From an uncultured Actinomycetes bacterium (GTDB lineage: Bacteria > Actinomycetota > Thermoleophilia > UBA2241), in NCBI GenBank assembly GCA_963709345.1, contig CAVPVX010000007.1, positions 512,001 through 576,000 of the forward strand: a DNA stretch of 64,000 nt. The letters run 5' to 3'. Made by a program: the position numbers and the translations under genes. Below, in pieces: positions 32,123 to 42,507 of the stretch (positions are counted from its first letter, which is position 1; each line of letters begins with the position of its first letter). Under the pieces are notes generated by a model. The model did no database searches, was not told the origin of the DNA, and worked only from the letters and a program-made list of their open reading frames with translations.

Positions 32123-33112
32123 TCAGCCGGCCTCGCCGGCGACGGGCACATCGCGGGCCGCCGGCAGCCCGGCCAGCCCCGTCGCCGCGCGCACCGCGCG
32201 CACCACCGCCCGCGCCAGTACGGTCGCCGCCGCCGACCCGACCGCGCTCACGTCCGCCGTCACGCCGGCCGCACCCGTCGCCAGCGCGAAGACGGTGTCA
32301 CCGTCCAGCATCGTGTGCACGGGGTCGATGGCGCGGGCAAGGCCGTCGTGGGCCATCTGCGCCACCTTCGCGGCCTCCGGTTTGGAGAGCAGCGCGTCGG
32401 TGGCGACCACCGCGAGCGTGGTGTTCGCGCCGATCCCGACCCCGGGTGGGTGCTCGCGAAGCCACTCGGCGGTACGCGCGAAGCCGCCGCCGGGCAGCCG
32501 CGGCCCGGCGAGGACGGCGCCGCTCGCCGGGTCGACGACGTCGCCGGCGGCGTTGACGGCGACCAGCGCGCCGACGGTGACGCCGCCGGCAAGGGCAAGG
32601 CTCGCGGACCCGAGCCCGGACTTGGTGGCGCGCTCGAGGCCCAGCAGCTTGCCGACGGTCGCGCCCGTGCCGGCACCGACGGAGCCTTGAGGGACGGCCG
32701 CCGCGGAGGCGGCCTCGCAGGCCGCCGCGCCGGCGGCCGCGTCCGGGCGCACGTCGGTACGGCCCACCGGCAGATCGAAGAGGACGGCGGCGCAGACGAG
32801 CGGCACCCGCACCGGGCCGACCTCGACACCGCGACCCTTCTCCTCGAGCCAGCGCATGACGCCTGAGGCGGCGTCGAGCCCGAAGGCGCTGCCGCCGGCG
32901 ATCACGACGGCGTGGATGCGCTGGACCGCGTTCACCGGGTCGAGCAGGTCGGTCTCCCGGGTGCCCGGCGCCGAGCCGCGCACGTCGACACCGGCCACCG
33001 CGCCCTCGGCGCCGCAGAGCACCACGGTGCACCCCGTGGCCGCCTCGCCGTCGGTCCAGTGGCCGACGGCGAGGCCGCCGACGTCGGTCAGCGTCCCGTT
33101 CATCGCCGGCAT
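32123..33112 (-). CDS. P1/S58 family peptidase (DmpA-like)
   Basis: LTDVGGLAVGH, TGCTV, APGTRETDLL, GGSAFGL, GAGTGA, NTT, HTMLDGD. Confidence 0.92.
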   Translation of the reverse strand: MPAMNGTLTDVGGLAVGHWTDGEAATGCTVVLCGAEGAVAGVDVRGSAPGTRETDLLDPVNAVQRIHAVVIAGGSAFGLDAASGVMRWLEEKGRGVEVGPVRVPLVCAAVLFDLPVGRTDVRPDAAAGAAACEAASAAAVPQGSVGAGTGATVGKLLGLERATKSGLGSASLALAGGVTVGALVAVNAAGDVVDPASGAVLAGPRLPGGGFARTAEWLREHPPGVGIGANTTLAVVATDALLSKPEAAKVAQMAHDGLARAIDPVHTMLDGDTVFALATGAAGVTADVSAVGSAAATVLARAVVRAVRAATGLAGLPAARDVPVAGEAG

Positions 33113-33200
33113 TGCGTCTTCACCCGATCCCTCCTCCGCTCACGAGCCGCGCCGACTGCAGGTGCGGTCCCCACCAGTCTTGACTATACTGCAGCGATTC

Positions 33201-34442
33201 ATGGAGGACACGACCAGGATCCTGCTCGAGATCTTTCTGGCCTTCGCCGGGGCGCGGCTGCTGGGGAGGCTCCTCGTGGCCGTACGGCAGCCGGCCGTCA
33301 TCGGCGAACTGCTCGCCGGCGCCATCCTCGGCCCCGCCCTGCTCAACCTCGTGCACCACACCGAGTTCCTCGAGGCTCTCGGAGAGCTGGGCGTGATGCT
33401 CCTGCTCTTCACCGCCGGCCTCGACACGCACCTCGGCGAGCTGGCCCGAGCCAGAAAGACGGCGGCCAAGGTGGCTGTCCTGGGTGCGGTGCTGCCCTTC
33501 GCCGGAGGCCTCGCAGGAGGGCTCGCTTTCCACTACGCGACCGGCGAGAGCCTGTTCGTGGCGACGGCGCTCATGGCGACGTCCGTCGGCATCACCGTGC
33601 GCGTCCTGCGCGACCTGGGCTTCCACCGGCGGCGTTCGGTGACCATCGTCCTCGGGGCGGCCGTCCTGGACGACGTGCTCGGCCTTCTCGTGCTCGGGCT
33701 CGTCACCGCGATCGCCCTCGGCAAGGCGAACACACTCGAGCTTGCGCTGCTCGCCGTCGAGGCGGTGATCTTCGTCGTCGGCTTCGGGATCGCCGGACCG
33801 TGGATCATCGCCCGGTTCGGCGAGCGGCTCGCGCGGCTCTCCCCCAACGCCATCTTCGAGGTCGGCATCATCCTGATGCTCGCGCTCTCGCTGCTCGCCA
33901 ACTACATCGGCCTCGCGGCGATCATCGGAGCATTCCTCGCCGGTCTCGCCATCGCGGAGCTCAAGCAGCACACCCAGGTCGAGGAGAAGTTCACACCGCT
34001 GGCCTGGTTCTTCGTCCCCTTCTTCTTCGTGCTCATGGGCACGTACATCGATCTCACCTCGTTCATCAAGCCGTCCGTCGTGCTGGCGATCGTCGTGTTC
34101 ACGGCGATCGCGGTCGTCACGAAGTACCTGGGCGCCATCTGGGGCGCCCGGAGCGAAGGACGTCGCATCGCCCGCGAGGTCGGCGTGGGTATGGTGCCGC
34201 GAGGGGAGGTCGGCATCGTCGTCGCCGGCATCGCCTTGGCCGCCGGCGCGGTGAGCGAGGATGTGTACGCCGCCGTCCTCGGCATGGTGCTGGCGACGAC
34301 CATCGTCAGTCCCTACCTGATCAAGGCGGTGTTCACCGGCGGGCGATCAGCGACCCCCAAGGCAGACGCGCTGCTCGAGCCGCACTCCCCTGCGCCCGAG
34401 ACGACGGCCGAGACGGCGCAGCCACCGGCCGACGACGACTGA
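33201..34442 (+). CDS. Cation:proton antiporter (CPA2)
   Basis: QPAVIGELLAG, ATSVGIT, AAVLDDVLG, GMVPRGEV, about 12 TM helices. Confidence 0.9.
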   Translation: MEDTTRILLEIFLAFAGARLLGRLLVAVRQPAVIGELLAGAILGPALLNLVHHTEFLEALGELGVMLLLFTAGLDTHLGELARARKTAAKVAVLGAVLPFAGGLAGGLAFHYATGESLFVATALMATSVGITVRVLRDLGFHRRRSVTIVLGAAVLDDVLGLLVLGLVTAIALGKANTLELALLAVEAVIFVVGFGIAGPWIIARFGERLARLSPNAIFEVGIILMLALSLLANYIGLAAIIGAFLAGLAIAELKQHTQVEEKFTPLAWFFVPFFFVLMGTYIDLTSFIKPSVVLAIVVFTAIAVVTKYLGAIWGARSEGRRIAREVGVGMVPRGEVGIVVAGIALAAGAVSEDVYAAVLGMVLATTIVSPYLIKAVFTGGRSATPKADALLEPHSPAPETTAETAQPPADDD

Positions 34443-34510
34443 CGCGGAAGTGGCCCGGAGGGGTCTCGCCGGCGGGGAGACGGCCCGGCCTCCGGAACGT
34501 GGCGGCCGGC

Positions 34511-35851
34511 TCAGATGAAGAAGACCAGCGTCACCAGCACGAACACCGGCAGGAGCACGACCACCGAGTACCCCATGTAGGCGAAGAAGTGCGGCATCTT
34601 GACGCCGTGGTGCTCCGCGATCGACCTCACCATGAAGTTGGGTGCGTTGCCGATGTACGAGAGCGCGCCCATCATCACCGCACCGCAGGAGACGGCGGCG
34701 AGAAAGGCTGCGGGGCTCCAGCCCGCCGCGCCGTCCACAGACGAGCTCATGAGCCCGGCGAACTCGGGCAGACCGAGGAAACCCTGCGCCGCGGAGCCCA
34801 TGGTCAGGTACGAGGGCGCGTTATCCAGGAAGGCCGACAAGCCTCCGGTCGCCCAGAAGAACTGCCACGGCGCGCTGAGTCCGAGCTCGGACCCCCGGGC
34901 GCGCAGGATCTCGAGGACAGGGAGCATGGAGGCGAAGATCCCGGCGAAAAGGATCGCCACCTCAAGGATCGGCTTCCACGCGAACTCGTTGCGACGGCGA
35001 GCCTCGCGTGGGCCGAAACGCAGCGACACGACGGCGAGCGCCACGAGCAGCAGATCGCGCAAGAAGGGTACGTGCACCGCCTCGCCGAGATGAGCCAGCT
35101 GCGGCGAGAGGGCGACGCACGCGACGACGCCGCCGAGCAGCAGCAGGTTGACCTTGCCGATGATCCGCAGCGGGACGTAGTCGAGCGCGTCTTCCAGCAA
35201 GGCGGTGGGCGGCTCACGGCGGTAGTGATAGCGGTCGACCGCGTAGAAGATGCCGAGCACGAGCGCGTTGACGAGCAGCCACTGCGGCAACAGCCGGAAC
35301 GTCCACGTGAAGCTGATGCCGTTCAGGAAGCCGAGGAACAGCGGCGGGTCCCCGAGGGGCGTCAGCAGACCGCCGAGGTTACAGACGATGAAGATCAGGA
35401 AGACGACGACGTGAGCGCGCCGCGTGCGCTCCGAGTTCGCTCGCAACACCGGGCGCACGAGGATCATGGCGGCCCCCGTCGTGCCGATGAAATTGGCGAG
35501 CACCGCGCCGACAACCAGAAAGGTGGCATTGGATCGCGGCGTCCCCAGCAGGTTCCCGGTGAGGTAGATGCCGCCGGCGATCGTGAAGAGGGATCCGAGG
35601 AGGATGATGAACGAGACGTAGTCCTCGGCGGTCGTCAGCACGCTCTCCAGCCCGGCCTCGCCCCACACCGCAAGGAGGTAGACGACGACGGGTGCGCCGA
35701 AGATGGCCGCGACGATGGCCTGGCTGCGGTGGCGCGAGAACCACTCGTCGGCGACGAGCGGCAGGATGGCGACGCTGAGCAGCATCCCGGCGAACGGGAG
35801 GGCCAGCCAGAGACCCAGGTGATGGCCGAGATCCCCCTCAGCCACGATCAA
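34511..35851 (-). CDS. Ion-transporter-superfamily sodium:proton antiporter
   Basis: IGTTGAAM, LTPLGDPPLFLGFL, FLDNAPSYL, YIGNAPNFMV. Confidence 0.85.
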   Translation of the reverse strand: MIVAEGDLGHHLGLWLALPFAGMLLSVAILPLVADEWFSRHRSQAIVAAIFGAPVVVYLLAVWGEAGLESVLTTAEDYVSFIILLGSLFTIAGGIYLTGNLLGTPRSNATFLVVGAVLANFIGTTGAAMILVRPVLRANSERTRRAHVVVFLIFIVCNLGGLLTPLGDPPLFLGFLNGISFTWTFRLLPQWLLVNALVLGIFYAVDRYHYRREPPTALLEDALDYVPLRIIGKVNLLLLGGVVACVALSPQLAHLGEAVHVPFLRDLLLVALAVVSLRFGPREARRRNEFAWKPILEVAILFAGIFASMLPVLEILRARGSELGLSAPWQFFWATGGLSAFLDNAPSYLTMGSAAQGFLGLPEFAGLMSSSVDGAAGWSPAAFLAAVSCGAVMMGALSYIGNAPNFMVRSIAEHHGVKMPHFFAYMGYSVVVLLPVFVLVTLVFFI

Positions 35852-35863
35852 GCCCCCGGCGCA

Positions 35864-36400
35864 TTAGAAGCGGCCTACGCCGGCCAGGGCGTTCTTGAAG
35901 GCCGCCCGGCCGGCATCGTCGTACGCCGAGAACATCACGTGCCGCAAGGGCGTACGCGGGTGCTCCTTGAGGTAGGCCACGGTCTCGGTGACCATGATGC
36001 TGGCGCACTGGTAGAGCGGCACGCCGGCGGCGCCGGTGCCGTATGCGGGCATGGCGATCGATCGGGTGCTGCAGCGCACCGCGCAGTCGAGCGTAGCTCG
36101 TGTAGCCCCGGCGATCGCGTTGGCGCTGGTCGTCATCTCCGGACCCATGACCGCCGCGTGGATGACCCACCGTGCCTTGAGGTCGTGGCCGGTGGTGGCG
36201 ATGGCCTCCCCGACCTCGATCGGCCCTTGCAGCATGGCCTCCTGCTCGACGGCCTCGCCGCCCACGCGCTTGATGGCGCCGGCGACGCCGGCGCCCATCC
36301 ATAGTTCGGTGTTGCCTGCGGTCGCGACGGCATCCACCTCGAGGGCTGTGATGTCGCCGGAGGCGAGCTCAAGCTTGGTCTTGCCTACCGAGGTCTTCGT
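35864..36400 (-). CDS. Macro-domain (ADP-ribose-binding) protein; apparent ACG start
   Basis: GDIT, MGAGVAGAI, WVIHAAVM, SIAMPAYGTG. SD GGAGG precedes ACG-AAG-ACC at 36400. Confidence 0.88.
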   Translation of the reverse strand, partial: TKTSVGKTKLELASGDITALEVDAVATAGNTELWMGAGVAGAIKRVGGEAVEQEAMLQGPIEVGEAIATTGHDLKARWVIHAAVMGPEMTTSANAIAGATRATLDCAVRCSTRSIAMPAYGTGAAGVPLYQCASIMVTETVAYLKEHPRTPLRHVMFSAYDDAGRAAFKNALAGVGRF

Positions 36401-36454
36401 GGATCCTCCATTCAGCGCCGTGCGCGAGGTCCCGCAGGGTTCGCGATTCCCGGC

Positions 36455-36464
36455 ATTATACACA
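36455..36464 (-). promoter_or_regulatory. Extended -10 (TGTGTATAAT) for the macro/antiporter operon
   Basis: Perfect TATAAT with upstream TG dinucleotides, about 55 nt upstream of the proposed start. Confidence 0.6.
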
Positions 36465-36516
36465 CGGGAGCAGCAGATGAAAGCGGCGGCCAACGGCAAC
36501 CGTGCGATAGACTCCC

Positions 36517-37551
36517 TTGGGGTCTCTGGGGGTCATCACGAGCACGTACACGATCTGGATCGCCGCCGCGTTCGGCATGACCGCGCTCTGGGCGCTGGTC
36601 GTGATCGTCAACAAGCGCGTCCTCGCGTACGTGGACCCCACCGCGGTCAACTTCTTCGTGCGTATCGTCGCCGTCGCGGGACTGCTCCTGATCACCGTGC
36701 CTCTCACCGTCCTGCGACTCTGGGACAACGGGTTCGGCATCAACGCCGCAGCGGCTGGCTGGATGTCGCTTGCGGCGATCGCGACCTGGCTGATCGCCTT
36801 CACCGCCTACTACTATGCCCTGCGCGGCGGACGGGTGGCGGTGGTGATGCCGATCTGCGGCACCGACCCGCTGTGGACGGCGCTCTTCGCCTGGCTGATG
36901 CTGGGAGCGGCGTTCGGCGGGCTCACGCTCGCCGGGATGGCCGTCGCCATGTCGGGCGTCGTGCTCATCACACGCTGGATGAAGGGCGGCGAGGAGCCGG
37001 CCGAACGGCTGGCGGAAGCCGGAACGCTCGCCGGCGCCACACACGGCGACGTGCTGCCGGGCCCGGCGGGTTCGCCGGGCGCCGGGGCCACGCAGCCCGG
37101 GCGCCTCCGCCTCGTCACGCTCGCCGTCGTCGCCGCCGCCGGCTGGGGCATCGGCCCCGTGTTCATCGACCTCGCCTCGACATCCTACGGCAAGCCGACG
37201 GCGTCGATGATGCTACTCAGCCAGCTGCTCGGCATGCTCATGCTCGGCGCCGTGCTCCTGGTACGCCGGCGGCCGCTCACGACGCGCCGCCTGACGGCGC
37301 CGGAGCGGCGGTGCGCCGTCCGGCTCCTCGTGGCCGCCGGCCTGCTCGAGGCGATGGTCACGGTGCTCTTCTTCCTCTCGATCGCCGAGATCGGGCCGGT
37401 GCTCACGATGCTGATCATGGCGACGACGCCGATCTTCACGATCGTCTTCGGCGTCGCCCTCCTGCGCGAGCGCGTCGCGCCGCGGCTCGTGCTCGCCGCT
37501 GTGGTCACCGTCTGCGGCGTGATGCTGGCGGCGCTGGACGGGCTGAGCTGA
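36517..37551 (+). CDS. DMT/EamA family transporter
   Basis: Two 5-TM repeats (VVMPICGTDPLW, MATTPIFT..LLRERV). Start uncertain. Confidence 0.85.
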   Translation: MGSLGVITSTYTIWIAAAFGMTALWALVVIVNKRVLAYVDPTAVNFFVRIVAVAGLLLITVPLTVLRLWDNGFGINAAAAGWMSLAAIATWLIAFTAYYYALRGGRVAVVMPICGTDPLWTALFAWLMLGAAFGGLTLAGMAVAMSGVVLITRWMKGGEEPAERLAEAGTLAGATHGDVLPGPAGSPGAGATQPGRLRLVTLAVVAAAGWGIGPVFIDLASTSYGKPTASMMLLSQLLGMLMLGAVLLVRRRPLTTRRLTAPERRCAVRLLVAAGLLEAMVTVLFFLSIAEIGPVLTMLIMATTPIFTIVFGVALLRERVAPRLVLAAVVTVCGVMLAALDGLS

Positions 37552-37571
37552 AGCGGCCGACCGGCCGGCGG

Positions 37572-38297
37572 CTACTTGCCGCGACCGAACAGCCTCCGCC
37601 GCACGGCCGCCATCTTGAGCCACTGGATGCCCTCGGTGGGATTGAGCTCCTTGGGGCACGCCTCCACGCAGTTGGTGACCGTGTGGCAGCGATACGCGCC
37701 GCGCTCGTTGTCCCAGCGGGGCATGCGCTCCTTGCGAGCTTCGTCACGTGAGTCGACCTCGAAGCGGTACGCCTTGAGCAGCGCCGCCGGGCCGAGGTAG
37801 TTCTTCTCAGTCCACACCGACGGGCAGCTGCTGTAGCAGGCTCCGCACAGGATGCAGTCGATGGGCATGTCGAGCTTCCTGCGCTCCTCCGGCGACTGTG
37901 GGAGCTCCTTCTCCGGCGTCTTCGAATTGCGCATCAGCCACGGCTGCACGTACTCGTACTTGGCAAAGAAGTCGTCCATGTCGCAGACCAGATCCTTGAC
38001 CAGCGGCAGGTGAGGCATCGGCTCGACCGTGACCTCGTCGGTGTGCAGGTGCAGCACGTTGGTCTGGCAGGCGAGCCGGTAGCGGCCGTTGATGTACATC
38101 GCGCACGAGCCGCAGATGGAGGCGCGGCAGCAGTAGCGGAAGGCGAGCGAGCCGTCGAGGCTCTCCTGGATGTGGAAGAGACCATCGAGCACGGTGAGGC
38201 TGGTCTCGTAGCGGACGACGAAGTCGTCGTAGCGCGAGACCCCCTTGTCGTCGCGGGCGGGGTCGTACCGCTTGATGTGAAAGGTGATGGAAGGCAT
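37572..38297 (-). CDS. sdhB: Succinate dehydrogenase/fumarate reductase iron-sulfur subunit
   Basis: CRASICGSC..LAC, CILCGACYSSCP, CHTVTNCVEACP. Confidence 0.95.
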   Translation of the reverse strand: MPSITFHIKRYDPARDDKGVSRYDDFVVRYETSLTVLDGLFHIQESLDGSLAFRYCCRASICGSCAMYINGRYRLACQTNVLHLHTDEVTVEPMPHLPLVKDLVCDMDDFFAKYEYVQPWLMRNSKTPEKELPQSPEERRKLDMPIDCILCGACYSSCPSVWTEKNYLGPAALLKAYRFEVDSRDEARKERMPRWDNERGAYRCHTVTNCVEACPKELNPTEGIQWLKMAAVRRRLFGRGK

Positions 38298-40006
38298 CAG
38301 TACTTCCGCTCCTGTGGCTCGAAAGCGCCGAGGCTGACCGGCTCGTACTCAAGGCGGGGCCCCTCGGGCGTGCAGTACGCCATCGTGTGCTTGAGCCAGC
38401 GCTCGTCGTCGCGCTCAGGGTGGTCGATGCGAGAGTGGGAGCCGCGCGATTCGGTGCGCGCGACGGCGCCGGCCGCGACCGTCAGGGCCAGGTCGACCAT
38501 GCCCTCGAGCTCTACGGTCCGCATCATGTCGAGATTGAAGACCCCGCCGGAGTCGCGCAACCCGATGTGGGCGCAGCGCTCCTTGAGATGCGCGAGCTTC
38601 TCGAGGCCCTCGCGCATGACGGACTCCTCGCGGAAGACGCCGAAGTGGTCGCGCGTGGTCGCGATCATCTCGGCGCGGATGGCGTAGGGATCGGCGCCGT
38701 CGGCGCCGCGCGCCACGAGGTCGGCCACGCGGCGCTCCATGTCGGCGACCGCCTTGAGGCCGGCGGCGGAGGCGTCGCCCCCGCCGGCCCCGCCCCCCGC
38801 AAAGTCGGCGACCGCGGCCGCACCCGAGCGACGGCCGAAGACGATCGTCTCGAGCAGCGAGTTGCCGCCCAGCCGGTTGGCGCCGTGCACGCTGACGCAG
38901 GCACACTCGCCGGCGGCGTAGAAGCCGGGCAGCCGGGTGCGCCCATCGACATCGGTGTCGATGCCGCCCATGGTGTAGTGCTGGCAGGGCTTGATCGGGA
39001 TGGGCGCCTCGATGGGGTCGACGCCCTCGAAGTGGATGGCGAGGTCGCGGATGCCCGGCAGCTTCTCGAGGATCTTCTCGGCGCCCAGGTGACGCAGGTC
39101 GAGGTACACGTAGTCCTTGCCTCCGATGCCCCTGCCCTCGAGGATCTCCGTGGTGATCGAGCGCGAGGTGATGTCGCGCGGCGCGAGCTCCATCGCCTTG
39201 GGAGCGTAGCGGGCCATGAAGCGCTCGCCCTCGTCGTTGATGAGGTAGCCGCCTTCGCCGCGGGCGCCCTCGGTCATGAGGATGTTGGTGGTGCGCAGGC
39301 CCGTCGGGTGGAACTGGATGAACTCCATGTCCTCGACCGCGACGCCGGCGTGGTAGGCGATTGCCGCCCCACCGCCGGTGCTGATGATGGCGTTGGTGGT
39401 ATTGCCGTAGATGCGGCCGGCGCCGCCGGTGGCCATGATCACGGCGTCGGCGGTGAAGGCCTCGAAGCCGCCGCGGATCATGTCGTAGGCGACGACGCCG
39501 CGGCAGCGCCCGTCGTCGACGATCAGCTCGGTGACGAACACCTCGATGTACATCTTGACCTGCCGCTCGTAGGCACGCTCGACGAGCGTGTGCAGCAGGT
39601 AGTGGCCGGTCTTGTCGGCGCCGTAGCAGGTGCGCGGGTAGCCGGCGCCGCCGAACGGCCGCTGCGCGATGCGCCCGTCGTCGTAGCGGCTGAAGGGGCA
39701 GCCCCAGTGCTCCATCTCGAAGATCACGCCGGGGGCGTCCTTGGTCATCTGGATGGCGGCGTCCTGGTCGGCGAGATAGTCCGAGCCTTTGACGGTGTCG
39801 AAGGCGTGCTTCTGGGGGGAGTCGTCGTGACCCTCGGGGTGGTTGGCGAGCGCCGCGTTGATGCCGCCCTGCGCGGCGCCCGAGTGGCTGCGGCCGGGGT
39901 GGACCTGGCTGAGGATCGCCACGTCGACGCCGGCCGCTTTGGCCTCCACGGCGGCGCGGAGCCCCGCGAGCCCGCCGCCGACGACGATCAGCTGATGGTG
40001 AGGCAT
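38297..40006 (-). CDS. sdhA: Succinate dehydrogenase/fumarate reductase flavoprotein
   Basis: [47 protein letters not shown]. Confidence 0.95.
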   Translation of the reverse strand: MPHHQLIVVGGGLAGLRAAVEAKAAGVDVAILSQVHPGRSHSGAAQGGINAALANHPEGHDDSPQKHAFDTVKGSDYLADQDAAIQMTKDAPGVIFEMEHWGCPFSRYDDGRIAQRPFGGAGYPRTCYGADKTGHYLLHTLVERAYERQVKMYIEVFVTELIVDDGRCRGVVAYDMIRGGFEAFTADAVIMATGGAGRIYGNTTNAIISTGGGAAIAYHAGVAVEDMEFIQFHPTGLRTTNILMTEGARGEGGYLINDEGERFMARYAPKAMELAPRDITSRSITTEILEGRGIGGKDYVYLDLRHLGAEKILEKLPGIRDLAIHFEGVDPIEAPIPIKPCQHYTMGGIDTDVDGRTRLPGFYAAGECACVSVHGANRLGGNSLLETIVFGRRSGAAAVADFAGGGAGGGDASAAGLKAVADMERRVADLVARGADGADPYAIRAEMIATTRDHFGVFREESVMREGLEKLAHLKERCAHIGLRDSGGVFNLDMMRTVELEGMVDLALTVAAGAVARTESRGSHSRIDHPERDDERWLKHTMAYCTPEGPRLEYEPVSLGAFEPQERKY

Positions 40007-40017
40007 GCCGCGCCCCC

Positions 40018-40380
40018 TCAGCTCACCCAGACCCAGAGGGCCCAGATGCCGTAGATGACCGCGACGACGCCGACTACCCAGAGGAAGGCGTCGAACCCGC
40101 GGCGGACGCCCTGCCCGGAGAGCCCCCAGTCGAGCACGACCATGCGGACTCCATTGAGGGCGTGGAAGACGACGGCGAGCAGGAGCAGGACGTCGTTGAC
40201 GAGCACCGCGCCTCCGGCGAGCCGCTCGCCGATGTTGTCGAAGCTGAGCTGGCCGATCGAGATGTAGTGCGTCAGCACCAGGTGGACCATGATGGTGACG
40301 AGGACGATGACCGCGGTGACGCGCTGGCCCAGCCAAGGCCACATCCCGCCGCGGCTGTGATCGAGTGTCTCGGTTCTCAC
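40018..40380 (-). CDS. sdhD: Succinate dehydrogenase hydrophobic anchor
   Basis: [15 protein letters not shown], three TM helices, operon position. Confidence 0.85.
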   Translation of the reverse strand: MRTETLDHSRGGMWPWLGQRVTAVIVLVTIMVHLVLTHYISIGQLSFDNIGERLAGGAVLVNDVLLLLAVVFHALNGVRMVVLDWGLSGQGVRRGFDAFLWVVGVVAVIYGIWALWVWVS

Positions 40381-40396
40381 AGGGACGCCTCCGCGC

Positions 40397-40792
40397 CTAG
40401 AGGATGAGTGGGATGGCCTTGTAGGCGAACGCCCACAGGATCCCGGCCGCCACGACCATGCAGGCCCAGAAGACGGCCTTGTGCCGACGGATGCCGACGC
40501 CGAGATCCATGAGGATGATGCGTACCCCGTTCAGGGCGTGATACAGCACCGCCGCCACGAGCATGAAGTCAAGGAAGACGAGGATGGGATGGTCGAACAG
40601 CTCGAACAGCTTGTCGAGCGATTCGGCGCCGCCGGTGCGACCTTGGGAGATCACCCAGATGTGAGCGAACAGGTAGGCGACCAGGATCAGCCCGCTGATG
40701 CGGAAGAGGATCCAGGCCCACATGCCGATACCCTTCCACAGACCAGCGCCGACGTTGGCCGTCTCGCGCTCCTTCGCGCTCACGTTGCGCAC
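40397..40792 (-). CDS. sdhC: Succinate dehydrogenase cytochrome b556 subunit
   Basis: RISG..HI, YHALNGVRIILMD, three TM helices. Confidence 0.88.
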   Translation of the reverse strand: MRNVSAKERETANVGAGLWKGIGMWAWILFRISGLILVAYLFAHIWVISQGRTGGAESLDKLFELFDHPILVFLDFMLVAAVLYHALNGVRIILMDLGVGIRRHKAVFWACMVVAAGILWAFAYKAIPLIL

Positions 40793-40960
40793 CCCCCTTG
40801 GCGATAGCAGACTCCGCCCCCCCCGAGAGGACGGGCCCCCACTGGGCGTTCATCGTAGAACGTACGCGAGAAGCGAGGCAACAGGGCGGCCCTGCCCCGG
40901 TGGCAGAAGGGCCCGCTCCGGGCGCGCCGCCGCGGCAGGTCCGGCCGGGCGTCGCTCAAC

Positions 40961-41046
40961 GCTGATGCCGGCCGCCACGGCCGCTTCGAGCGTGGTCACG
41001 TCACCGGAGGCGAGCGCGATTCCAGTCTCCCGATAGACGCCTTCAT
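40961..41046 (-). pseudogene. Degenerate 5' fragment of a macro-domain gene paralog
   Basis: MKASIG/xTGIALASGDVTTLE-AVAAGI aligns to (M)KTSVGKTKLELASGDITALE...GVAGAI of 35864-36400, with a 1-nt deletion and an internal deletion. Confidence 0.6.
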
Positions 41047-41165
41047 GTGGCCGCCACTCTACGGGCTGCGCGGGGATCCGCGTTGGCGGCACGACACCGT
41101 GCGCCGCTCGCGCCCATCCGGTCCTCTTGTGCCCGCCACGCTTCTGCATAGACAATACCCAGATC

Positions 41166-42494
41166 ATGAATCGGAACCACAGCAGCGTCATCGATGCCCT
41201 GATGATCGCCATCGTCGTACTGCTCGGCATCATGGTCTTCTCGTCGCTCGTCCTGCCGGGTCTGCCCCGATGGGGGCTCTACCTCTCTCTGGGGGGGCTG
41301 GCCGGCGTCGCCATGGCACTCGCCCTGGCGCGCTGGATCACCCGCCCCGACCAGCTGCGTGCCCAGCAGAGCCACGGCATACTCGAGATCGCCGACGAGA
41401 GCCTCGCACATCTTCGCCGCGGCCTCGGAGAGGAGACGGCACAGGCGGTCTGCCACATCGTCCTCGAGCGAACGGACGCGGCGGCAGTCGCCATCACGGA
41501 CACGACACGGATCCTCGGATTCTCGGGAGTCGGCGAAGGCCACCACCTCGTGGGCAGCCGCATCCTGACCGAGGCGACTCGCGCGGCGGTCGACTGCGAC
41601 GAGATGCGCGTGCTGCGCACGCGTGACGAGATCAACTGCTCGCACGACAAGTGTCTGCTTCGAGCCGGGATCGTGGTCCCGCTGCACGTACGCAAGCGAC
41701 CGGTGGGAAGCCTCAAGTTCTACTACACGACGCCGCGCCTGCTGAACGAGACACAGCTTGCCATGGCCGAAGGCCTCGCCCACCTGCTCTCCACCCAACT
41801 CGAGCTCTCCGAGCTCGACCACCAGACGGCCCTTGCCTGCCGCATGGAGCTCAAGGCGCTTCAGGCTCAGATCAATCCGCACTTCCTCTTCAATACGATC
41901 AACACGATCGCCAGCCTCATTCGCACTGACCCCCCGCATGCGCGCGAGCTGCTGCGTGAGTTCGCGGCCTTCTACCGGAGCTCACTTGAGATGAGCGAAG
42001 ATCTGATAACGCTCGAGCAGGAGATCGGCTACGTGCGCGCCTACTTCCTCTTCGAGGAGGCGCGCTTCGGCGACCGTGTGGACCTCTCTGTCGATGTCCA
42101 CCCGGCGCACCTCGATCTTCTCCTGCCCGCCTTCGCCCTGCAGCCGCTCGTCGAGAACTCGATCCAGCACGGCATGCGCGCGGACGCCGCGTTGCACATC
42201 GCGGTGACCTCCGGTTTCGACGGTGATCTCGCGACACTGAGCGTCACCGATGACGGCGTGGGCATGGGAGCTGAGGACCTGGAGCGCATCCTCGAACCGG
42301 GGTTCGGCAAGGGCAGCGGCATCGCCCTCAAGAACGTGCACGAGCGTCTCCGTGGCCACTTCGGGCCGGGCTCCGGAGTCTCCGCGACCAGCAGCGCCGG
42401 CTCCGGGACCCGCATCACCCTCGTGATCGTCGGCCCGTCCATGGCCGAGACGCGATCTCGCGTCGATCTGGCCGCTCACGGAACCGTACGCTGA
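41166..42494 (+). CDS. LytS/YehU-type sensor histidine kinase (2 TM, GAF-like, His_kinase)
   Basis: ELKALQAQINPHFLFNTIN, EEARFGDR, LQPLVENSIQHG, GIALKNVHERL. Confidence 0.92.
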   Translation: MNRNHSSVIDALMIAIVVLLGIMVFSSLVLPGLPRWGLYLSLGGLAGVAMALALARWITRPDQLRAQQSHGILEIADESLAHLRRGLGEETAQAVCHIVLERTDAAAVAITDTTRILGFSGVGEGHHLVGSRILTEATRAAVDCDEMRVLRTRDEINCSHDKCLLRAGIVVPLHVRKRPVGSLKFYYTTPRLLNETQLAMAEGLAHLLSTQLELSELDHQTALACRMELKALQAQINPHFLFNTINTIASLIRTDPPHARELLREFAAFYRSSLEMSEDLITLEQEIGYVRAYFLFEEARFGDRVDLSVDVHPAHLDLLLPAFALQPLVENSIQHGMRADAALHIAVTSGFDGDLATLSVTDDGVGMGAEDLERILEPGFGKGSGIALKNVHERLRGHFGPGSGVSATSSAGSGTRITLVIVGPSMAETRSRVDLAAHGTVR

Positions 42495-42507
42495 GGAGGA
42501 CCACGGC

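Noticed and set aside
32912-36304. 1130-aa ORF and other long antisense or alternative-frame ORFs (e.g. 5672-8158, 53300-56233)
   Set aside because: Shadow ORFs of high-GC3 genes: off-frame or antisense translations (many Arg/Gly/Pro-rich) with no recognisable motifs, overlapping well-supported CDSs.
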